Shown: piece by piece, positions 37,091-51,100 of the stretch
Layout of the letters: each line of letters starts with the position of its first letter
How positions within the stretch are numbered: position 1 is the stretch's first letter
Assembly (NCBI GenBank): GCA_040954595.2
Contig: CM082579.2
Coordinates: 14,422,550 to 14,486,549 of the forward strand
Length of the DNA stretch: 64,000 nucleotides
Origin: Balanoglossus misakiensis
Taxonomy: Eukaryota; Animalia; Hemichordata
Reading direction: 5' to 3'
Made by a program: the position numbers and the translations under genes
The notes under the pieces: generated by a model
Database searches by the model: none
What the model was told of the DNA's origin: nothing
What the model saw: the letters and a program-made list of their open reading frames with translations, nothing else

Positions 37091-38417
37091 AGCGTAATTC
37101 AATAAAACGCCCTAACACAGCCTGAACTCCGATAATGTGTTGTCCCAAAATTCATTCCGTGGAAAATAATCACTGGTCTGTTTACGTATTTCAGCCGATT
37201 TTCCAAGGACTACTGCAACCCGCCAGAAGTGAGTAGCCTGCTAATGAGATCTCCACAACATTACGTAATGACGGTCAAAGTCCGATGCCCCAGTGTCCGT
37301 CCTCAGCCCACCAAAAAATGCGAAAAAATATTACGAAAATCTTCTTCTCAAAATCAACGTGGCCTAGGACCTTGAAATTTGGCACAGGGGATTTTGGCCA
37401 CATGGTCTACAAAAATCGCGAAAAGAATGTACATGCCCCCATTAACGTGCAAATTAGGTCAATTTGAAAATTTCGCTCGATTATAGCCACAAAGTCACGT
37501 GACTAATTACAAATTCAAAGGGCAGGTGCACCAGTACTCATGGGCCCCAACCACCGTGCCAAATTTGGAGGCGCACCTGCCGGAATTTCAGAGAAAAACG
37601 GGCGCAAAAAAACGACTCAAGAAGAAAGAAGACAAACTCCAGCAATAACAGAAGGGGACCAAGCGCCTGAGGGCTCTTGGTCCCCTAAATATGGGACTAA
37701 ACTTGACAGATACCCGGAATATTTTCCTATTTAGGATACCTGGTTGCATTTCCACCTAAAGGCGTCCTATTGGCGTGGAAATTTTATAACTTGAAATCGT
37801 TTGACTGGGTGATAGGTATTAATATCTTATGATGTTATAAAACACTTGGCTCGCCAAAGGTAAGGACCGATTATAGCGTCAGTCATGTCATAAAATCTAT
37901 ATGAACGTCATGGGTCAATAAACTTGATGGTCCAATAAAATTTAATGGTTCGTAAAACTATTGTGTCCAATGTCTGCAGAGTATACTGGCTGCAACATGT
38001 GTATGAGTCAGGATTAACGGCTGTAGCCATCAACCCAAAAGGTGAACGTCCTATTCTCACTAACTTAAATAGGTTTTGCGACCTAGTTGAGTTATAAAAA
38101 CCTTATGATAAAGTCGACACAATTTCAAGATGACGATGTGCAAATGAGAGTTCATAAGCTAAAGTAAAGTTCAATGAATTCTATACAAAGTTCAAAAAAG
38201 ATTTTTTACTAAAGGAAGACATGAACAAACTGATATCGTCTCTTCATATTCGTACATGTCCAACTGTTGTGATTTGACCCCCTCCCCCCATGGTACATGA
38301 ACCTATTACTTAGTACACACTTAAACAATTGGCATTTGAAGTGCCTTGCTTGACAGTGTTTAATGCGGTGGTCAGCCGCGTTTATCTCTCGCCACTTCAT
38401 GCATCATGTCGCCTTAA

Positions 38418-38737
38418 AGGGACAAACTCTCTCTCTCGTCGCCCTTTTCTATTAATTATGTTTGATACAAGACACCGTTTATATTAATGGGCATGTGTTT
38501 ATGTAGTGAATGAACGTTCAACCACACACAACTTCCATCCTGCTTGTATGATATGAGAGTAAAAACTCGCCCAAAATGAATAAATGGTAGAGACCGATTT
38601 TTCAGTTTTGCGAGTTTTCGCTCTCGTGTCTACATGCGGGATAGAAGGTGTGTGCGGTTGAACGTTGCATCACTATATATCCACATTTACATTAATATAA
38701 ACGGTGTTTTGTATCAAACATGGAAAAGGGCAGCGAG
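38418..38737. mobile_element. Second copy of the AGGGACAAA foldback MITE (right end lost)
   Basis: TTAA|AGGGACAAACTCTCTC...; collinear with 23165-23495. Confidence 0.88.
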
Positions 38738-39375
38738 TTAAGGATGTACGATCAGTAAAATTGAAAGCATTGTCATTTCTTTTAATCGTGAATTTTCGTT
38801 TCTGATTTGTATGTATAATGAAAATCCATTTTGGGTCACTGCACTTGTTTTCGACTTTAAACAAGGCCGTGAATTTAGTCGACAATTGAAGAAAACTGCT
38901 AACGGTCAGCATTTTCTACCAATGGTTTGTCTATGGATACAATATTGAACAAAGTTTATCTCAAAATAGAGCGTGATGAATTTATTTTGATTTGTCGGAG
39001 CTATGTGTAAAATTTCATGAAAATGACAATAGTAGAAGTGAGTTTTCTAACTATTCTCCATGTACTCCTATGGGAAGAGACACAGGCGCACAGTTTACCA
39101 GTTGACGACCTCTAAAGAGGAAACGGGGGGGGGGGGGATGATGAAAGGTTTAAGACTTACAGATCACAACTTAAAGAGCCATTCAGAAAGAGGCTTAGAG
39201 TGGAGTATCAAATCGGACGATACCACTGACTGGTGGAGGAAGACAAAATAAGCAAACTGAGTAGATGAGTGCTCAGATTTCTTCAGAGGACCAAACGTTT
39301 CAAAGAATTATACGTGACAATCCATGCCTGGTCCGTCAGTAGATATAAACAGAACATTGTGGCTGTATTCATTAA

Positions 39376-39666
39376 AGGGACAAAGTCTCTCTCTCGCTGC
39401 CCTTTTTCCATTAATTATGTTTGATACAAGACTGCGTTTATATTATTCTACATATGGATATAGTGAACCAACGTTCAACCATACACACCTTCCACCCCGC
39501 TTGTATAGACACGAGAGTTTTAAAAAGTAGCCAAAATGAATAAACGGTCTCTACCATTTATTCATTTCGGGCGAGTTTTTACTCTCGTATCATACAAGCC
39601 GGATGGAAGTTGTGTGTGGTTGAACGTTCATTCACTAACATAAACGGTGTCTTGTATCATGTCCCT
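39376..39666. mobile_element. Third copy of the AGGGACAAA foldback MITE (internally deleted, opposite internal orientation)
   Basis: TTAA|AGGGACAAAGTCTCT ... TGTCCCT|TTAA. Confidence 0.88.
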
Positions 39667-40439
39667 TTAACACTTTTGAAGCATTTTACTAATGCTAACA
39701 TGACTAGACCAATTGAATGATGTTACATTGCAGGTTATCAACTCAGAGGGGCGTCTTGTTATAAAGCGGTACCTGACAAACAATCAGCTGGCAACGCTGA
39801 AAATACCTGTCAGTCGTAAGTATGAAAGTATACATCATTTGAGTAGAATTTTACGGGAGTTCCTAACAAGGCTTGGACATGTCACGCACAAATACAAAGG
39901 GCGCGTATAAAGACAGACAAAACCTCGCTCAGTGTGAGGTGTTCAGCGATTGCATCTGATAAGTCGAAAATGCTTGATCACGTGTCATGTTCAGTTGGGA
40001 AATTGGATATGTCTCAGGCCAAAAAAACTAATATGTGCTATTCCGATTACATGGTTTTCAAAAATATTGTAGGTAGAAAGGGACATTTTTTTATTTTTCA
40101 ATTTTTTTTATATCTTTGGCCGTCGTAGTGTAGAAGAATGACATCATAGTTCTTGCGTGATTCTCGCAATTTTCATGAATTGTTTTATATTTGACATCGT
40201 TATTTTTACTTCCGGTTGCGAAGATCTAAACTGTTTTGGGTCGGCGGGCTAAAATTAGGGTAGTTCGGGTAATCGTTATGACATTGGGAGCTACGGCTGC
40301 AAAGCCATGTGTCTCGTGCGAAAAGGGCCCTTAACCTTTTGCAATATTTAACAGCAAACAACAGACAGTTTTGAGAATAAAAGGTTTCCGTCGTGTCTGA
40401 CTTTCATATCGCATTAATAGCATATCCCTAATTTTAAAG

Positions 40440-40690
40440 AAATTAGGAGAGACAGAGTGAAACAGGCAGAGTGGCAGACAGACACAAGCAGACAGACAGA
40501 GCAACATTCATCAGTAGAGACACTCACCGGTCGCTCGCTCGCTCGCTCGCTCACTCTCTCTCTCAGAGAGAGGGGGCAGACAGTCAGACAGACCGACGTT
40601 GACAGACAGTCAGTAAGTCAGTCAGCCAGTTAATCAGTCAGTCAGACGTCAAAGACACAGTGACACAAACACAGCGAGGGAGACAACAGG
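40440..40690. repeat. Compound microsatellite (ACAG, CGCT, CT/AG, AGTC)
   Basis: Directly visible simple repeats. Confidence 0.8.
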
Positions 40691-42172
40691 ACCTTTCATG
40701 CTTAAACCCCTGTTCTTCTGTTATAAACTTTGAAAACCGTTCGTTTTCAGACTGCAGATTGCTCGAATAACGCGACACACTGCCGAAACAATAAAACAAA
40801 TACTAGTGGGAGCTCATAAAATAAAATCGCTCAACCATTCCGTCGTCCTGAGTGACCTCAGCCACATTAATTCCGACGTCTTTTTAGGGTCATGAAAAAA
40901 GTCACAAATAAGGTATTTCCCCTAGGTCCACCTGAAGCAAAAAGTTTTCGTTTCGACTCCATCATTCCGAATAGTAAGAAAGCAACAAAATTGAAAAGAC
41001 AGATGTAAAATGCAATCTCTCTCACGTGGTAACGTTTGTAACTATGGCAATCACGGTACGTGTTCAGTACACAGACAGGGAGAAAAGTTTCTCCATGCAA
41101 TACATGTGTTCAGTAAGGTTTGACCTTGGTTTTACTTTGTACCATGATCGCCGCTTTCTAAGCATGGATGAACGACGGCGGTCAGACCCAATCGAACCCT
41201 TTCATGTCAGATGACCACGGTATCTCCAGTGTGAGATGACATTTGACAAACCATTTGATTTCAACAAAATCTTCGCGTCGTCAACGCGTCGCATACCAGT
41301 CGCATATCGGTATTTACCCAATCATAAAAGTTGGAAATTCGGGAGACTCGATCTGCAACCAAGTTGAGAGTAAATTTTGACGTTTGACTATTGGCAAGTA
41401 AACAGGTTACACAATGACTTGTCGGTTTTTCCTCCGTCATGGTCGTTCTTGACCCAAGTGTCCTTCCTTGACATTTAGACACACCTTGCGGTATGACCTT
41501 GGTGGTCATGTGCAATTAGTTTTCTTGTATAAGACGCTTTTCATGCCGGGGTAGACGACTTGTGCGTGGATCATCAACATTTCAGTGATATTTCAACGCA
41601 AAGTTTTAGCAATATTGAGAAAACAGATAGTGAGGTGTCAAATGCATATCAATGTACGAAAATTAGGTCAAGCCACCCGACAGCAACCGCTTTCACACAG
41701 TGTCGGACGTTGCACGGAATGTGAAACGTTACACTGCTTCGGCCGTTCACATGCACCTGGGCGTGGTTTTGATTGATGGTCAAACGCCCCCACTTACTTT
41801 GGGCGTTTTCAATGGTAAATGTGTCGTATTGATCGAAACCTTGCCGTAAACACATTTTTTTTGCTGAATCAACATTCAGAGTTCAGCCGTCTAGTTAACG
41901 AAGTATTGAAATAAGCCACTTGTTCATCATTTTTTGTCTGTCAAACGTGTTTATTCGGACAGGGACCGGCCGCCAATGAGTGGTTTAGGGAGCCCACACG
42001 TACACTCTGGTACCTGGACAATTAACAAAGACATGACGTGTGTACCGTCCGGTTCGAAAAGATTGGTTTAAGGTAGTCCTGGTAACAGTCATCCTAACGA
42101 GGCCAGGGGAGGTCTCCAAGGGCGAAATAAACAAAGCTACCGATGACGAGTCAATTCGAATCGGACGATGCT

Positions 42173-45100
42173 TGTTTTCGACTTTGCAAAATCTCAAAAT
42201 TTCGTCGATTTTTGAAAAAAAATCATGGGTGAAAATGCATCAAAAAATGAGAAATTTTCGACTTTGCAAAATCTCAAAATTTCGTCAATTTTGAAAAAAA
42301 TCATGGGTGAAAATCATCAAAAAATGACAAATTTTCGACTTTGCAAAATCTCAAAATTTCGTCGATTTTTGAAAAAAATCATGGGTGAAAATCATCAAAA
42401 AAATGACAAATTTTCGACTTTGCAAAATCTCAAAATTTTGTTGATTTTTGAAAAAAATCATAGGTGAAAATCATCAAAAAATGACAAATTTTCGCCTTTG
42501 CAAAATCTCAAAATTTCGTCGATTTTTGAAGAAAATCATGGGTGAAAATCATCAAAAAATGACAAATTTTCGACTTTGCAAAATCTCAAAATTTTTTCGA
42601 TTTTTGAAAAAAGACATGGGTGAAAATCATCAAAAAATGACAAATTTTCGACTTTGCAAAATCTCAAAATTTCGTCGATTTTTGAAAAAAATCATGGGGG
42701 AAAATCATGAAAAAAATGACAAATTTTCCTCTTTGCAAAATCTCAAAATTTTTTCGATTTTTGAAAAAAGACATGGGTGAAAATCATCAAAAAATGACAA
42801 ATTTTCGACTTTGTAAAATCACAAAATTTCGTCGATTTTGAAAAAAATCATAGGTTCGTCGATTTTAAAAAAAAAAACATGGGTGAAAATCATCAAAAAA
42901 TGACAAATTTTGAAAAAAAAAACGGGTGAAAATCATCAAAAAATGACACATTTTCCTCTGCAAAATCTCAAAATTTCGTCGTTTTTTGAAAAAAAATCAT
43001 GGGTGAAAATCATCAAAAAATGACAAATTTTCGTCTTTGCAAAATCTCAAAATTTCGTCCATTTTTGAAAAAAAATCATGGGTAAAAATCATCAAAAATG
43101 ACAAATTTTCTTCTTTGCAAAATCTCAAATTTTCGTCGATTTTTGAAAAAAATCATGGGGGAAAATCATGAAAAAATGACAAATTTTGAAAAAAAAAACT
43201 GGTGAAAATCATCAAAAAATGACAAATTTTCGTCTTTGCAAAATCTCAAAATTTCGTCCATTTTTGAAAAAAAATCATGGGTAAAAATCATCAAAAATGA
43301 CAAATTTTCGTCTTTGCAAAATCTCAAATTTTCGTCGATTTTTGAAAAAAAATCATGGTTGAAAATCATCAAAAAATGACAAAATTTTCGATTTTGTAAA
43401 ATCACAAAATTTCGTCGATTTTTGATAAAAATCATGGGGGAAAATCATCAAAAAATGACAAATTTTCGCCTTTGCAAAATCTCAAAATTTCGTCGATTTT
43501 TGAAGAAAATCATGGGTGAAAATCATCAAAAAATGACAAATTTTCGACTTTGCAAAATCTCAAAATTTTTTCGATTTTTGAAAAAAGACATGGGTGAAAA
43601 TCATCAAAAAATGACAAATTTTCGACTTTGCAAAATCTCAAAATTTCGTCGATTTTTGAAAAAAATCATGGGGGAAAATCATGAAAAAAATGACAAATTT
43701 TCCTCTTTGCAAAATCTCAAAATTTTTTCGATTTTTGAAAAAAGACATGGGTGAAAATCATCAAAAAATGACAAATTTTCGACTTTGTAAAATCACAAAA
43801 TTTCGTCGATTTTGAAAAAAATCATAGGTTCGTCGATTTTTTAAAAAAAAACATGGGTGAAAATCATCAAAAAATGACAAATTTTGAAAAAAAAAACTGG
43901 TGAAAATCATCAAAAAATGACACATTTTCCTCTGCAAAATCTCAAAATTTCGTCGTTTTTTGAAAAAAAATCATGGGTGAAAATCATCAAAAAATGACAA
44001 ATTTTCGTCTTTGCAAAATCTCAAAATTTCGTCCATTTTTGAAAAAAAATCATGGGTAAAAATCATCAAAAATGACAAATTTTCGTCTTTGCAAAATCTC
44101 AAATTTTCGTCGATTTTTGAAAAAAATCATGGGTGAAAATCATCAAAAAATGACAAATTTTCGACTTTGCAAAATCTCAAAATTTCGTCGATTTTTGAAA
44201 AAATCATGGGTGAAAATCATGAAAAAATGACAAATTTTCGACTTTGCAAAATCTGAAAATTTCGTCGATTTTTGAAAAAAATCATGGGGGAAAATGATCA
44301 AAAAATGACAAATTTTCGACTGCAAAATCTCAAAATTTCGTCAATTTTGAAAAAAATCATGGTCGAAAATCATCAAATAATGACAATTTTTTTACTGCAA
44401 AATCTCAAAATTTCATCGATTTTTGAAAAAAATCATGGGTGAAAATCATCAAAAAATGACAAATTTTCGACTTTGCAAAATCTCAAAATTTCGTCGATTT
44501 TTGAAGAAAATCAAGGGTGAAAATCATCAAAAAATGACAAATTTTCGACTTTGCAAAATCTCAAAATTTCGTCGATTTTTGAAAAAAATCATGGGGAAAA
44601 TGATCAAAAAATGACAAATTTTCGACTGCAAAATTTCAAAATTTCGTCAATTTTGAAAAAATCATGGGTGAAAATCATCAAAAAATGACAAATTTTCGAC
44701 TGCAAAATCTCAAAATTTCGTCGATTTTTGAAAAAAAAACGGGTGAAAATCATCAAAAAATTACAAATTTTCGACTGCAAAAACTCAAAATTTCGTCAAT
44801 TTTGAAAAAAATCATGGGTGAAAATCATCAAAAAATGACAAATTTTCCTCTTTGCAAAATCTATAAATTTCGTCGATTTTTGAAAAATTTTCAACTTTGC
44901 AAAATCTCAAAATTTCGTCGATTTTTGAAAAAAATCATGGGGGAAAATCATCAAAAAATGACAAATTTTCGTCTTTGCAAAATCTCAAAATTTCGTCCAT
45001 TTTTGAAAAAAAATTATGGGTGAAAATCATCAAAAAATGACAAATTTTCGTCTTTGCAAAATCTCAAAATTTCGTCCATTTCTGAAAAAAAATTATGGGT

Positions 45101-48100
45101 AAAAATCATCAAAAATGACAAATTTTCATCTTTGCAAAATCTCAAATTTTCGTCGATTTTTGCAAAAAAATCATGGTTGAAAATCATCAAAAGATGACAA
45201 ATTTTCCTCTTTGCAAAATCTCAAAATTTCGTCGATTTTTGAAAAAAAATGGGTGAAAATCATCAAAAAATGACACATTTTCGTCGACTTTGCAAAATCT
45301 CAAAATTTCGTCGATTTTGAAAAAAATCATAGGTTCGTCGATTTTTTAAAAAAAAACATGGGTGAAAATCATCAAAAAATGACAAATTTAAAAAAAAACG
45401 GGTGAAAATCATCAAAAAATGACACATTTACGACTTTGCAAAATCTCAAAATTTCGTCGATTTTTGAAAAAAAATCATGGGTGAAAATCATCAAAAAATG
45501 ACAAATTTTCGTCTTTGCAAAATCTCAAATTTTCGTCGATTTTTGAAAAAAAATCATGGTTGAAAATCATCAAAAAATGACAAAATTTTCGATTTTGTAA
45601 AATCACAAAATTTCGTCGATTTTTGATAAAAATCATGGGGGAAAATCATGAAAAAATGAAAAATTTTCCTCTTTGCAAAATCTCAAAATTTCGTCGATTT
45701 TTGAAAAAAAATCATGGGTGAAAATCATCAAAAAATGACAAATTTTCGTCTTTGCAAAATCTCAAAATTTCGTCCATTTTTGAAAAAAAATCATGGGTAA
45801 AAATCATCAAAAATGACAAATTTTCGTCTATGCAAAATCTCAAATTTTCGTCGATTTTTGAAAAAAAATCATGGTTGAAAATCATCAAAAAATGACAAAA
45901 TTTTCGACTTTGTAAAATCACAAAATTTCGTCGATTTTGAAACAAATCATAGGTTCGTCGATTTTTTTAAAAAAAACATGGGTGAAAATCATCAAAAAAT
46001 GACAAATTTTGAAAAAAAAACGGGTGAAAATCATCAAAAAATGACACATTTTCGTCGACTTTGCAAAATCTCAAAATTTCGTCGATTTTTGAAAAAAATC
46101 ATGGGGGAAAATCATGAAAAAATGACAAATTTTCCTCTGCAAAATCTCAAAATTTCGTCGATTTTTAAAAAAAGACATTGGTGAAAATCATCAAAAAATA
46201 ACAAATTTTCGACTTTGCAAAATCTCAAAATTTCGTCCATTTTTGAAAAAAAATCATGGGTAAAAATCATCAAAAAATGACAAATTTTCGTCTTTGCAAA
46301 ATCTCACAATTTCGTCGATTTTTGAAAACAATCATGTGTGAAAATCATCAAAAAATGACAAATTTTCGACTTTGCAAAATCTCAAAATTTCGTCAATTTT
46401 TGAAAAAATCATGGGTGAAAATCATCAAAAAATGACAAATTTTCGTCTTTGCAAAATCTCAAAATTTCGTCCATTTTAAAAAAAAAACGGGGGAAAATCA
46501 TCAAAAAATGACAAATTTTCGACTTTGCAAAATCTCAAAATTTCGTCGATTTTTGAAAAAAATCATGGGTGAAAATCATCAAAAAATGACAAATTTTCGA
46601 CTTTGCAAAATCTCAAAATTTCGTCAATTTTTGAAAAAATCATTGGTGAAAATCATCAAAAAATGACAAATTTTCGTCTTTGCAAAATCTCAAAATTTCG
46701 TCGGTTTTTGAAAAATAATATGGGTGAAAATCATCAAAAAATGACAAATTTTTGACTGCAAAATCTCAAAATTTCGTCGATTTTTGAAAAAAATCATGGG
46801 TGAAAATCATCAAAAAATGACAAATTTTCGACTTTGCAAAATCTCAAAATTTCGTCGGTTTTGAAAAAAATCATGGGTTCGTCGATTTTTTAAAATAAAA
46901 ACATGGGTAAAAATCATCAAAAAATGACAAATGTTCGACTTTGCAAAATCTAAAAATTTCGTCGATTTTTGAAAAAAAATCATGGGTGAAAATCATCAAA
47001 AAATGACAAATTTTCGTCTTTGCAAAATCTCAAAATTTCGTCCATTTTTGAAAAAAAATCATGGGTAAAAATCATCAAAAATGACAAATTTTCGTCTATG
47101 CAAAATCTCAAATTTTCGTCGATTTTTGAAAAAAAATCATGGTTGAAAATCATCAAAAAATGACAAAATTTTCGACTTTGTAAAATCACAAAATTTCGTC
47201 GATTTTGAAACAAATCATAGGTTCGTCGATTTTTTTAAAAAAAACATGGGTGAAAATCATCAAAAAATGACAAATTTTGAAAAAAAAACGGGTGAAAATC
47301 ATCAAAAAATGACACATTTTCGTCGACTTTGCAAAATCTCAAAATTTCGTCGATTTTTGAAAAAAATCATGGGGGAAAATCATGAAAAAATGACAAATTT
47401 TCCTCTGCAATATCTCAAAATTTCGTCGATTTTTAAAAAAAGACATTGGTGAAAATCATCAAAAAATAACAAATTTTCGACTTTGCAAAATCTCAAAATT
47501 TCGTCCATTTTTGAAAAAAAATCATGGGTAAAAATCATCAAAAAATGACAAATTTTCGTCTTTGCAAAATCTCACAATTTCGTCGATTTTTGAAAACAAT
47601 CATGTGTGAAAATCATCAAAAAATGACAAATTTTCGACTTTGCAAAATCTCAAAATTTCGTCAATTTTTGAAAAAATCATGGGTGAAAATCATCAAAAAA
47701 TGACAAATTTTCGTCTTTGCAAAATCTCAAAATTTCGTCCATTTTAAAAAAAAAACGGGGGAAAATCATCAAAAAATGACAAATTTTCGACTTTGCAAAA
47801 TCTCAAAATTTCGTCGATTTTTGAAAAAAATCATGGGTGAAAATCATCAAAAAATGACAAATTTTCGACTTTGCAAAATCTCAAAATTTCGTCAATTTTT
47901 GAAAAAATCATTGGTGAAAATCATCAAAAAATGACAAATTTTCGTCTTTGCAAAATCTCAAAATTTCGTCGGTTTTTGAAAAATAATATGGGTGAAAATC
48001 ATCAAAAAATGACAAATTTTTGACTGCAAAATCTCAAAATTTCGTCGATTTTTGAAAAAAATCATGGGTGAAAATCATCAAAAAATGACAAATTTTCGAC

Positions 48101-51100
48101 TTTGCAAAATCTCAAAATTTCGTCGGTTTTGAAAAAAATCATGGGTTCGTCGATTTTTTAAAATAAAAACATGGGTAAAAATCATCAAAAAATGACAAAT
48201 GTTCGACTTTGCAAAATCTAAAAATTTCGTCGATTTTTGAAAAAAAATCATGGGTGAAAATCATCAAAAAATGACAAATTTTCGTCTTTGCAAAATCTCA
48301 AAATTTCGTCCATTTTTGAAAAAAAATCATGGGTAAAAATCATCAAAAATGACAAATTTTCGACTTTGCAAAATCTCAAAATTTTGTTGATTTTTGAAAA
48401 AAATCATAGATGAAAATCATCAAAAAATGACAAATTTTCGACTTTGCAAAATCTCAAAATTTCGTCGATTTTTGAAGAAAATCATGGGTGAAAATCATCA
48501 AAAAATGACAAATTTTTGACTGCAAAATCTCAAAATTTCGTCGATTTTTGAAAAAAATCATGGGGGAAAATCATGAAAAAATGACAAATTTTCCTCTGCA
48601 AAATCTCAAAATTTCGTCGTTTTTTGAAAAAAAATCATGGGTAAAAATCATCAAAAAATGACAAATTTTCGTCTTTGCAAAATCTCACAATTTCGTCGAT
48701 TTTTGAAAACAATCATGTGTGAAAATCATCAAAAAATGACAAATTTTCGACTTTGCAAAATCTCAAAATTTCGTCAATTTTTGAAAAAATCATGGGTGAA
48801 AATCATCAAAAAATGACAAATTTTCGTCTTTGCAAAATCTCAAAATTTCGTCCATTTTAAAAAAAAAACGGGGGAAAATCATCAAAAAATGACAAATTTT
48901 CGACTTTGCAAAATCTCAAAATTTCGTCGATTTTTGAAAAAAATCATGGGTGAAAATCATCAAAAAATGACAAATTTTCGACTTTGCAAAATCTCAAAAT
49001 TTCGTCAATTTTTGAAAAAATCATTGGTGAAAATCATCAAAAAATGACAAATTTTCGTCTTTGCAAAATCTCAAAATTTCGTCGGTTTTTGAAAAATAAT
49101 ATGGGTGAAAATCATCAAAAAATGACAAATTTTTGACTGCAAAATCTCAAAATTTCGTCGATTTTTGAAAAAAATCATGGGTGAAAATCATCAAAAAATG
49201 ACAAATTTTCGACTTTGCAAAATCTAAAAATTTCGTCGGTTTTGAAAAAAATCATGGGTTCGTCGATTTTTTAAAATAAAAACATGGGTAAAAATCATCA
49301 AAAAATGACAAATGTTCGACTTTGCAAAATCTAAAAATTTCGTCGATTTTTGAAAAAAAATCATGGGTGAAAATCATCAAAAAATGACAAATTTTCGTCT
49401 TTGCAAAATCTCAAAATTTCGTCCATTTTTGAAAAAAAATCATGGGTAAAAATCATCAAAAATGACAAATTTTCGACTTTGCAAAATCTCAAAATTTTGT
49501 TGATTTTTGAAAAAAATCATAGATGAAAATCATCAAAAAATGACAAATTTTCGACTTTGCAAAATCTCAAAATTTCGTCGATTTTTGAAGAAAATCATGG
49601 GTGAAAATCATCAAAAAATGACAAATTTTGAAAAAAAAACGGGTGAAAATCATCAAAAAATGACAAATTTTCCTCTTTGCAAAATCTCAAAATTTCGTCG
49701 ATTTTTGAAAAAAATCATGGGTGAAAATCATGAAAAAATGACAAATTTTCCTCTTTGCAAAATCTCAAAATTTCGTCGTTTTTTGAAAAAAAATCATGGG
49801 TGAAAATCATCAAAAAATGACAAATTTTCGTCTTTGCAAAATCTCAAAATTTTGTCCATTTTAGAAAAAAAATCATGGGTAAAAATCATCGAAAATGACA
49901 AATTTTCGTCTTTGCAAAATCTCAAATTTTCGTCGATTTTTGAAAAAAATCATGGGGGAAAATCATGAAAAAATGACAAATTTTGAAAAAAAAACTGGTG
50001 AAAATCATCAAAAAATGACACATTTACGACTTTGCAAAATCACAAAATTTCGTCGATTTTTGAAAAAAAATCATGGGTGAAAATCATCAAAAAATGACAA
50101 ATTTTCGTCTTTGCAAAATCTCAAAATTTCGTCCATTTTTGAAAAAAAATCATGGGTAAAAATCATCAAAAATGACAAATTTTCGTCTTTGCAAAATCTC
50201 AAATTTTCGTCGATTTTTGAAAAAAAATCATGGTTGAAAATCATCAAAAAATGACAAAATTTTCGACTTTGTAAAATCACAAAATTTCGTCGATTTTTGA
50301 AAAAAATCATGGGGGAAAATCATGAAAAAATGACAAATTTTCGTCTTTGCAAAATCTCAAAATTTCGTCCATTTTTGAAAAAAAATCATGGGTAAAAATC
50401 ATCAAAAATGACAAATTTTTGTCTTTGCAAAATCTCAAATTTTCGTCGATTTTTGAAAAAAAATCATGGTTGAAAATCATCAAAAAATGACAAAATTTTC
50501 GACTTTGTAAAATCACAAAATTTCGTCGATTTTTGAAAAAAATCATGGGGGAAAATCATGAAAAAATGACAAATTTTCCTCTTTGCAAAATCTCAAAATT
50601 TCGTCCATTTTTGAAAAAAAATCATGGGTAAAAATCATCAAAAATGACAAATTTTTGTCTTTGCAAAATCTCAAATTTTCGTCGATTTTTGAAAAAAAAT
50701 CATGGTTGAAAATCATCAAAAAATGACAAAATTTTCAACTTTGTAAAATCTCAAAATTTCGTCGATTTTTGAAAAAAAATGGGTGAAAATCATCAAAAAA
50801 TGACACATTTTCGTCGACTTTGCAAAATCTCAAAATTTCGTCGATTTTGAAAAAAATCATAGGTTCGTCGATTTTTTAAAAAAAAACATGGGTGAAAATC
50901 ATCAAAAAATGACAAATTTAAAAAAAAAACGGGTGAAAATCATCAAAAAATGACACATTTACGACTTTGCAAAATCTCAAAATTTCGTCGATTTTTGAAA
51001 AAAAATCATGGGTGAAAATCATCAAAAAATGACAAATTTTCGTCTTTGCAAAATCTCAAATTTTCGTCGATTTTTGAAAAAAAATCATGGTTGAAAATCA

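Noticed and set aside
41980-42175. rDNA promoter/ETS or ribozyme next to the satellite
   Set aside because: No recognisable 18S/28S/5S sequence or complete ribozyme core is visible.
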